The notes beneath the pieces were generated by a model. That model ran no database searches and had not been told where the DNA came from. It saw nothing but the letters and a program-made list of their open reading frames with translations. Both the position numbers and the translations under genes were made by a program. This document shows positions 34,142 to 40,328 of a DNA stretch of 40,328 nucleotides, in pieces (position 1 is the first letter of the stretch; each line of letters begins with the position of its first letter). Source of the DNA: Bacteroidaceae bacterium (GTDB taxonomy: Bacteria > Bacteroidota > Bacteroidia > Bacteroidales > Bacteroidaceae); the NCBI GenBank assembly GCA_017963785.1, contig JAGCTG010000032.1, forward strand, positions 1 through 40,328. Direction: 5' to 3'.

Positions 34142-35363
34142 AATGCTTACTCAAATCTGCGGCACCCATCTGGATGGACTGCTGCACTCGGGCGGCAGAC
34201 TCCTCCTCGGTGATAGGCTTAATCTCCATACCGTCCTGCAGACGGGTAACGCCCTCCACCACAATGCGGTCGCCAGCCTTAAGACCGGCGGTAACGATAT
34301 AGTTGGTGCCGTCGTTGACATCAGCCACCTGCACCACAGTATAGCTCACCTTGTTGTCCTTGCCCACGGTATACACAAACTTTTGGTCCTGCACCTCCAC
34401 GGTGGCGCTCTGTGGGATGACTATCACATCCTTGGCCACATAGGGCACCAATATCTTGCCAGAGCCGCCCGTCTTAAGCAGGTGCTGAGGGTTGGGAAAA
34501 TCGGCGCGTACAGCCACGGAGCCTGTCTTCTGGTCAATCACGCCACTAATGGTGCTCACCTTGCCTGGACGGTCATAGACCGAGCCATCGGCCAGCTGCA
34601 GTTGCACGGCAGGCATCGATGCCAATATGGTCTTGCTGTCGCCGGAGGTGCGAGTCATGTCAAGCATCTGCTGCTCGGTCATCGAGAAATATACATACAT
34701 CTCGTCGATGTTGGATACCGTGGTTAGCGGCTCCACACTCGACCCACTCACCAGTGCGCCGACACGGAAGGGGATGGACCCCACCACGCCGTTGGCAGGA
34801 CTCTTCACATAGCAGTACGACAGATTTTGGCGGGCAGCTGTCAGGGCAGCCTGCGCCGACACTACGCCAGCCTTGGCAGTGGCTACAGCGGCCTCAGCCT
34901 GCTTCATAGCATTGACAGCCGTCTGAAACTCGTAGTCGCCAATGATATTCTTCTGCTTCAGCTGCTGCTTGTTTTCATAGGTAAGCGTAGCAGTGGCGAG
35001 AGCAGCGTTAGCCTGATTGAGCGACGCGTTGGCCTGGTTGACAGAAGCGCTGGCCTGGTTGACAGCCTCGCGGTAGGTGACATCGTCAATCACAAACAGC
35101 GTCTGCCCTACCCTAACGTTGGCACCCTCGTCAACACAAACCCTCACGATGTTGCCCGACACACGGGGACGTATCTCCACATCCTGTTTGCCTTTGATGG
35201 TGGCGGGATAAGTATAGTTCAACTCCGGCGAGTCGGTAGTCACCGTCCTCACTGCAAACTCGTTCGACTGAGGCTGCTGGCCACCCTGCTTACCGCAGCT
35301 GACCAACATCATTGCGCTGACAAGCAACATCACAACCGAACCGGCACTAATAAGCTTTTTCAT
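34140..35363 (-). CDS. RND efflux periplasmic adaptor (membrane fusion protein, AcrA-like)
   Basis: Lipoprotein signal LVSCG. Alpha-hairpin coiled coil (NQASASVNQANASLNQANAAL) plus barrel-sandwich domains. First gene of the efflux operon. Confidence 0.9.
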   Translation of the reverse strand: MKKLISAGSVVMLLVSAMMLVSCGKQGGQQPQSNEFAVRTVTTDSPELNYTYPATIKGKQDVEIRPRVSGNIVRVCVDEGANVRVGQTLFVIDDVTYREAVNQASASVNQANASLNQANAALATATLTYENKQQLKQKNIIGDYEFQTAVNAMKQAEAAVATAKAGVVSAQAALTAARQNLSYCYVKSPANGVVGSIPFRVGALVSGSSVEPLTTVSNIDEMYVYFSMTEQQMLDMTRTSGDSKTILASMPAVQLQLADGSVYDRPGKVSTISGVIDQKTGSVAVRADFPNPQHLLKTGGSGKILVPYVAKDVIVIPQSATVEVQDQKFVYTVGKDNKVSYTVVQVADVNDGTNYIVTAGLKAGDRIVVEGVTRLQDGMEIKPITEEESAARVQQSIQMGAADLSKH

Positions 35364-35408
35364 TTTGATTGTAAGTTATTTTTTTATGTTATTATTTCAT
35401 TTGCGCCG

Positions 35409-35416
35409 CGAAATTA
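35409..35416 (-). promoter_or_regulatory. Candidate -7 box variant TAATTTCG upstream of the efflux operon
   Basis: The reverse complement of cgaaatta, about 45 nt upstream of the ATG at 35363. No well-spaced -33 element was seen. Confidence 0.25.
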
Positions 35417-35524
35417 CCAAAAATTTTCCAAATGGCATGTTCTATTCCCCTTACTTTATGCCCAAATACACCTTATATATAAAAAATTAAGTAACATTAA
35501 CATCTACCACTGCCTTTTTGCTTA

Positions 35525-35568
35525 CAAAAAACACGCGCCCCAAACTATCTGACAGTTCAGGGCGCGTG
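35525..35568 (-). terminator. Rho-independent terminator of the uracil permease/upp operon
   Basis: cacgcgccc (35532-35540) pairs perfectly with gggcgcgtg (35560-35568). A plus-strand A-run (35526-35531) gives a U-tract after the stem on the minus strand. Confidence 0.75.
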
Positions 35569-35588
35569 AATCTTATTTGCTTGATGTA

Positions 35589-35623
35589 TTACTTCTTACA
35601 TCTTACATCTCACATCATACATA
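35589..35623. repeat. Heptamer tract ttacttc ttacatc ttacatc tcacatc atacata directly 3' of the upp stop
   Basis: Counted by hand. Abuts the stop codon at 35624-35626. Confidence 0.65.
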
Positions 35624-36283
35624 TCAAATCTTATCTCCGTACATCAGATCGCCAGCATCGCCCAAGCCGGGCACAATGTAGCGACGTTCGTTGAGATCAG
35701 GGTCGATGGCTGCACAGTAGAGCTCCACCTCATCAGAGGGGAACAACCGCTGCAGGTAGTCGATGCCTTCCTGCGCCGCTATGACGCTAGCCATGATGAG
35801 GCGGCCGGGCTTGCCCTTGGTAAGGAATGCCTTGTAAGCCAGCGACATACTCTCGCCGGTGGCAAGCATGGGGTCAACGAGGATGAAGGTGCATCCGTCG
35901 AGAGCTGGCGCTGCTATATACTCGATATGCACGTCGATATTATGACACTCGCGGTCGGTGTAGTAGCGATAGGCTGACAGAAAGGCGTTGCCGGCCTTGT
36001 CAAAGATATCAAGGAAGCCTTGATGGAAGGGCAGCCCAGCGCGAAACACGGTGCCGATAACGATGTTGTCGATGGGTATGGACGCGGTAGCCGTGGCCAG
36101 AGGCGTCTGCACCTCTATCGTCTCGTAGCGCAGAGTCTTGCTTATCTCGTAAGCCATCACATGACCTATGCGCTGCACATTGCGACGAAAGCGCATGCGG
36201 TCGGTCTGCACCTGCACATCGCGCAGCTCAGAGATATATTGGTTGAGCACCGTGTTGTGGGCTCCAAGGTCATAGACTTTCAT
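35624..36283 (-). CDS. upp: Uracil phosphoribosyltransferase
   Basis: 219 aa with RMRFRRNVQRIG, the PRPP-binding loop ILVDPMLATGES, and the C-terminal YIVPGLGDAGD motif. Confidence 0.9.
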   Translation of the reverse strand: MKVYDLGAHNTVLNQYISELRDVQVQTDRMRFRRNVQRIGHVMAYEISKTLRYETIEVQTPLATATASIPIDNIVIGTVFRAGLPFHQGFLDIFDKAGNAFLSAYRYYTDRECHNIDVHIEYIAAPALDGCTFILVDPMLATGESMSLAYKAFLTKGKPGRLIMASVIAAQEGIDYLQRLFPSDEVELYCAAIDPDLNERRYIVPGLGDAGDLMYGDKI

Positions 36284-36285
36284 AG

Positions 36286-37569
36286 TTACTCATCTTTCGG
36301 GAATATAGCGTTGAGTATCACACCCACGATGGCTGCTATGGCAATACCGGAAAGGCGGACGGGGCCAAAGTCGATGCCGCCGTCGAGGCCGTAGGTGATA
36401 CCGGTGGCAAGCACCAGGATAAGAGCTACCACTACGAGGTTGTGAGACTTGCTGAGGTCTACCTTTGCCTCAATCATGTTGCGCACACCCACAGCTACTA
36501 TCATACCGTAAAGAAGGAGTGAGATACCACCGATTGTGGCGGCAGGCATCAGCTGGATAAGCATCGCAAACTTGGGGCAGAAAGCCAGCACGATTGCAAA
36601 TATGGCGGCAATGCGTATCACTCTGGGGTCAAACACACGGGTAATGTTGAGTACGCCAGTATTCTCGCCGTAAGTGGTGTTGGCAGGAGCACCGAAGAGG
36701 GCTGCCACGAAAGTAGCCACACCGTCGCCGGTGAGGGTGCGATGCAATCCTGGGTCAGCCAGATAGTCCTTGTTAACGGTGGAGGAGATGGCGCTGATGT
36801 CGCCGATATGCTCCATCACGGTGGCTATGGCTAGCGGCATGATGGCCACTATACTCGATATTAGCAGACCATAATCGGGATTATCGAACACTGCCAGCAC
36901 TGTGGTTTCGCGGGAGATAGGCAGACCTATCCAGGCTGCGTCGTTGAGAGCGCTGAAGTCAACATCACCCATGCAGGCTGCTGCCACATAGGAAACTATC
37001 ACACCCAGCAGGATGGGAATGATACTGAGTAGGCCACGACCCCAAATGGTAGCCACTACTACCACTGTCACAGCCAAGAGAGCAATAGTCCAGTCTGTGG
37101 TGCAACTCTTAAGGGCGGTGCCTGACAGACACAGACCTATGGCAATAACAATGGGGCCTATCACCACGGGTGGGAAGTAGCGGAGCACCTTCTTCAGTCC
37201 AAAGACCTTGATGAGCGCTGCCACGAGGAAGTATATCAACGCTGCTGCGCAGATGCCTATGCTGGCATAGTCGAGGGAGAGGGCCTGCGAGAGACCTTTG
37301 TCCATACCCATCTGGGTTACGGTGGCGTAACCGGCAAGGAATGCGAAGGAAGAACCGAGGAATGCAGGCACCTTCCACTTTGCGATAAAATGGAAAATAA
37401 GCGTTCCAATACCGGCGAAAAGCAAGGTAGTCGAAACGCTTAGTCCTGTAATCAGGGGGACGAGAACAGTTGCGCCAAACATGGCAAACATGTGCTGCAA
37501 GCCAAGCAGAGCCATGCGAGGTGTGCCCAGCGTACGGGCATCGTAGATAGCATTGTTGTTAGTAGCCAT
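36286..37569 (-). CDS. uraA: Uracil/xanthine permease (NCS2 family)
   Basis: 427-aa polytopic protein with the NCS2-type LGLQHMFAMFGATVLVP motif. Sits 2 nt upstream of upp. Confidence 0.8.
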   Translation of the reverse strand: MATNNNAIYDARTLGTPRMALLGLQHMFAMFGATVLVPLITGLSVSTTLLFAGIGTLIFHFIAKWKVPAFLGSSFAFLAGYATVTQMGMDKGLSQALSLDYASIGICAAALIYFLVAALIKVFGLKKVLRYFPPVVIGPIVIAIGLCLSGTALKSCTTDWTIALLAVTVVVVATIWGRGLLSIIPILLGVIVSYVAAACMGDVDFSALNDAAWIGLPISRETTVLAVFDNPDYGLLISSIVAIMPLAIATVMEHIGDISAISSTVNKDYLADPGLHRTLTGDGVATFVAALFGAPANTTYGENTGVLNITRVFDPRVIRIAAIFAIVLAFCPKFAMLIQLMPAATIGGISLLLYGMIVAVGVRNMIEAKVDLSKSHNLVVVALILVLATGITYGLDGGIDFGPVRLSGIAIAAIVGVILNAIFPKDE

Positions 37570-37607
37570 AGAAATAAAGTTTAAGGATTATTGTAAATGT
37601 TTAATAT

Positions 37608-39446
37608 TTAGAATTTCTTTCCGAATATGATGCTAAGGAACGTCAGTCCCAGTATCTTGACATCAAACCAGAGCGAGCGATGCTTGAGGTAGTAGAGGTC
37701 CAGCTCCAGTCGTCGCAGCATCTTCTCCATGGTGTCAGTGTAGCCGTTATATAGAGTGGCATAGGAGGTGACACCGGGACGTATCTGATAGAGGAATGCG
37801 TAGCGCGGGTCTTCCTTCATTATCTGGCTGATATAGTAGCTGCGCTCCGGGCGGTAGCCCACAAACGCTATGTCGCCTATGAACACATTCCACAACTGGG
37901 GCAACTCATCCAAATGATGCGCCCTGAGAAACTTACCCACCTTTGTAAGGCGCGGGTCGTTGTCGCCGTTGGCATGGCTCAGCGCAGGGCCCAGTGTCTC
38001 GGCATCCAGTCGCATGGAGCGGAACTTATATATATAAAATGGATGTCCGAACCTGCCCACCCTCTCCTGCTTGAAGATGGCGGGGCCACCGTCGTCAATC
38101 TTTATCAGTATGTAGCTCAGCAACATCAGCGGTGAGAACACGATGAGGCAGATGAAAGATATCACCAAATCCATGCCGCGCTTCACATGCCGCTCAAAGC
38201 CGTTCATGCCGTCGGGAATAAAGGCGATATTGTCCTCCAGCACCTTGTCGGGTGGCAGATTCATGTCGCCGTAGGTCTGCGCCTTGCGCTTTAGTGTCTC
38301 ATGCGGCAGGTTGGCATACCAAGAGTCCTCGCCGTAGGCTTTCTCCCACTCTCTGTAGAATCCTTTCCTTTGGTGCTCGTGGATGAAATAGTTGAGCACC
38401 AGGTGGATAGTAATCCACAGCGCCACATCAAGCAACAGCATGATGGTGGGATTCCAGTGAGAGAGCACCCCATAGGTGTTCATCACCACAAATATACCTA
38501 TCAGCCCCGCTATTGTCACGCCTATCATACGTCGCGGCATACCGGTACGCAACAGCTTGTGGTTAAACTGGTTGCGGTCGGGACGGTCCAGTGTACGGTT
38601 GTCCCTCACACGGCTACTGATTACACGGATGATATCGAGCATCGGCACAAAGAGCGCACCGAGACATATCATCAGCATACCCTCGGGCATACGCTCGCTG
38701 TGGCTCAGACCGATGGTGTGGTAGCTGACTATGTAGCCTAGCACATAGGCCCCCGAGTTGCCCATCAGCGTATTGCCCCAGTTGCTCGAGAAGAAAGACC
38801 TGAAACACATGGGGATGGCCACACCCAACGTGGCTGCGGCTACAAAGCTGATAAGGGTGGAGTCGTACCATATACTGAACAAGAGGAAGGTAAACACAAT
38901 GATAGTGCCTACCCCACTGCTCAGGCCATCAATACCGTCGAGCAGGCTGAACGCTTCAGTGATATAGCATACCAGCAGCACAGACAGCGGTATGCCTATG
39001 TAGGGCGACAACTCCTCTATGCCAAAGAGGCCATGCAGATTGTCTATCCACAGTCCCGTGGCAGGAAACATCATGGCTGCAAGGAGCAAGGTACCCACCT
39101 TCACCAATCCGCCGGTGCCGTGAAGATCGTCCTTCAAGCCAGTGATAAACAGTATAGAGCACCCCACGATGAGCTGCATGATACGCATCGATGCAGGCTC
39201 CACCCTGACACGCAACTCCGCTATCTGAAACAGATACGGCAGAGAGATGCTCGTACACAGGGCTATCAGTATAATGGGAAAGAAAGCTATTCCACCTATC
39301 ATCACACCATTATTCAAGTTGTCGGCACTGTCAGGCAAGAAATTCTTCTTCTTCGAGGCCGTCAGCCGAAGATTGGGAATGATAAGCAGTCCCAATACAA
39401 ACGAGATAAAGAATGGTGTTATCTTAAGCAGAATAGAAAAATCCAT
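37608..39446 (-). CDS. Fusion of a GT4-family (MraY/WecA-like) polyprenyl-phosphate sugar-1-P transferase with a PglC/WbaP-type bacterial sugar transferase domain
   Basis: N-terminal half: KDDLHG, LLDGIDGL, MGNSGAY, and PDRNQFNHKLL (WecA-like motifs with several substitutions). C-terminal 210 aa or so: KRGMDLVISFICLIVFSPLMLL re-entrant helix, IFKQERVG, YKFRSM, DELPQLWNV, and VGYRPE. Confidence 0.75.
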   Translation of the reverse strand: MDFSILLKITPFFISFVLGLLIIPNLRLTASKKKNFLPDSADNLNNGVMIGGIAFFPIILIALCTSISLPYLFQIAELRVRVEPASMRIMQLIVGCSILFITGLKDDLHGTGGLVKVGTLLLAAMMFPATGLWIDNLHGLFGIEELSPYIGIPLSVLLVCYITEAFSLLDGIDGLSSGVGTIIVFTFLLFSIWYDSTLISFVAAATLGVAIPMCFRSFFSSNWGNTLMGNSGAYVLGYIVSYHTIGLSHSERMPEGMLMICLGALFVPMLDIIRVISSRVRDNRTLDRPDRNQFNHKLLRTGMPRRMIGVTIAGLIGIFVVMNTYGVLSHWNPTIMLLLDVALWITIHLVLNYFIHEHQRKGFYREWEKAYGEDSWYANLPHETLKRKAQTYGDMNLPPDKVLEDNIAFIPDGMNGFERHVKRGMDLVISFICLIVFSPLMLLSYILIKIDDGGPAIFKQERVGRFGHPFYIYKFRSMRLDAETLGPALSHANGDNDPRLTKVGKFLRAHHLDELPQLWNVFIGDIAFVGYRPERSYYISQIMKEDPRYAFLYQIRPGVTSYATLYNGYTDTMEKMLRRLELDLYYLKHRSLWFDVKILGLTFLSIIFGKKF

Positions 39447-39453
39447 ATATTGC

Positions 39454-39481
39454 AGTTTACGGTTTACCGTTTACAGTTTAC
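39454..39481. repeat. Heptamer tract agtttac ggtttac cgtttac agtttac in the leader of the fused transferase gene
   Basis: Counted by hand. Begins 8 nt upstream of the ATG at 39446. Confidence 0.7.
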
Positions 39482-39491
39482 TTATTAATTG

Positions 39492-40277
39492 TCAACGCTC
39501 TGCGTGTACGAGTCGCAGCTTGCCCTGCATCGTGGCCCAGATCTTGGGCAGCAATCGGCGCAGCACGATGAGCCCCGACTGTGAATAGCCGTTTTCTTGC
39601 AAGGCACGCTTGATGCCAAGATTGCCGCGTATGATATTGCGCAGACTGCCGGTGCTCTCACCACCCATGCGCATGTTTACGAAGTAACGGTGAATATAGC
39701 GATTGCTCAGTCCCGCCACCTCGATGAAGCGCAGCATCAAGTCGAAGTCCGCCGACACAGGGAAACTCGTGTTGAATACACCGAGGCGCTCATAGCACTC
39801 GCGGCGGGCATAGAATGTGGGGTGAGCCGGATGCCATCCGCGCAAGAAAGCGCCCTTCTTATACTGCGAGCCTTTCCAAACACGCACCACATGCGTTATG
39901 TCGTCTGCCTTCACAAACTTCAGGTCGCCATACACACAGTCCACAGGCTGGTCTTCCATTGCGCGGTTCACCTCCTCAAGCACATGTTCGTCATAGTAGA
40001 AGTCATCAGAGTTCAGAAAGCCTATAACGTCGCCGGTAGCCATGCGGATACCCTTGTTCATCGCGTCATACACTCCACTGTCCTTCTCGCTTATCCAGCG
40101 CATGCAACCGCCAAACTGCGGCTCATACTCCTTGATGATGTCGAGCGAGTTGTCAGAGCTGGCTCCGTCAACCACAATATACTCAATATCCTTATGAGTC
40201 TGCGCCAGCACACTGCGAAAAGTATCCTCCACTGTGCCTCCGCTATTATATGTAGTCGTTATAATCGAAATCTTCAT
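39492..40277 (-). CDS. Family 2 glycosyltransferase
   Basis: ISIITTTYNSGGTVEDTFRSVLAQT...IVVDGASSD...FLNSDD carries typical GT2 DXD-type motifs. Confidence 0.85.
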   Translation of the reverse strand: MKISIITTTYNSGGTVEDTFRSVLAQTHKDIEYIVVDGASSDNSLDIIKEYEPQFGGCMRWISEKDSGVYDAMNKGIRMATGDVIGFLNSDDFYYDEHVLEEVNRAMEDQPVDCVYGDLKFVKADDITHVVRVWKGSQYKKGAFLRGWHPAHPTFYARRECYERLGVFNTSFPVSADFDLMLRFIEVAGLSNRYIHRYFVNMRMGGESTGSLRNIIRGNLGIKRALQENGYSQSGLIVLRRLLPKIWATMQGKLRLVHAER

Positions 40278-40279
40278 AA

Positions 40280-40328
40280 CTCAATGTTCAATGTTCAATG
40301 CTCAATGCTCAATGCTCAATGTTCAATG
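40280..40328. repeat. Seven tandem heptamers (ctcaatg/ttcaatg) immediately upstream of the GT2 gene, running off the window
   Basis: Units: ctcaatg ttcaatg ttcaatg ctcaatg ctcaatg ctcaatg ttcaatg, starting 3 nt from the ATG (40277). The minus strand reads CATTGAR. Confidence 0.85.

Noticed and set aside
13659-40328. Whether the short tandem tracts could be CRISPR arrays.
   Set aside because: The units are only 7-9 nt, directly abutting with no spacers. The tracts are 20-56 nt long, and no cas genes are present. This is microsatellite-like periodicity, not CRISPR.

Overview
The window looks like a Bacteroidales chromosome segment. This is inferred from the tmRNA tag GETNYALAA, TAnnTTTG-type promoter boxes, the absence of Shine-Dalgarno leaders, and the sigma54-activator/LptE-like/secG synteny. 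Every gene I can support lies on the minus strand.

The window has two parts with different composition.

(1) Positions 1-13.3 kb are AT-richer, about 42-48% GC in spot-counted 60-nt lines. This part starts with a truncated IS3-like transposase ORF. It then carries a tightly packed nine-gene operon (12842 down to 454). The operon encodes:
- a 1027-aa tubulin/FtsZ-superfamily GTPase with a C-terminal GYF_2 domain;
- a zinc-ribbon/TM/MORN membrane protein;
- three exported proteins with no recognisable family;
- two paralogous exported PEGA + FGE-sulfatase-fold proteins;
- a UPF0489/arginase-like cytoplasmic protein;
- a small acidic protein.

This operon is my main candidate for an undescribed system.

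(2) Positions 13.3-40.3 kb are about 60% GC in the two lines counted and hold ordinary core genes: mfd, secG, an LptE-like lipoprotein, a sigma-54 activator, a DUF5686-type protein, dnaB, an M20 dipeptidase, an OPT transporter, ssrA with tRNA-Glu and tRNA-Ser, lpxA, an RND efflux triplet, upp and a uracil permease, a fused double phosphoglycosyl transferase, and a GT2 glycosyltransferase.

A second unusual signal runs through the GC-rich part. Short degenerate 7- or 8-nt tandem tracts (CATTGAR, GACTCTY, GTTCGAAA, NGTTTAM) sit at many gene junctions. They are also embedded in frame inside mfd and one other gene.

All product calls come from motif recognition by eye. No searches were run.
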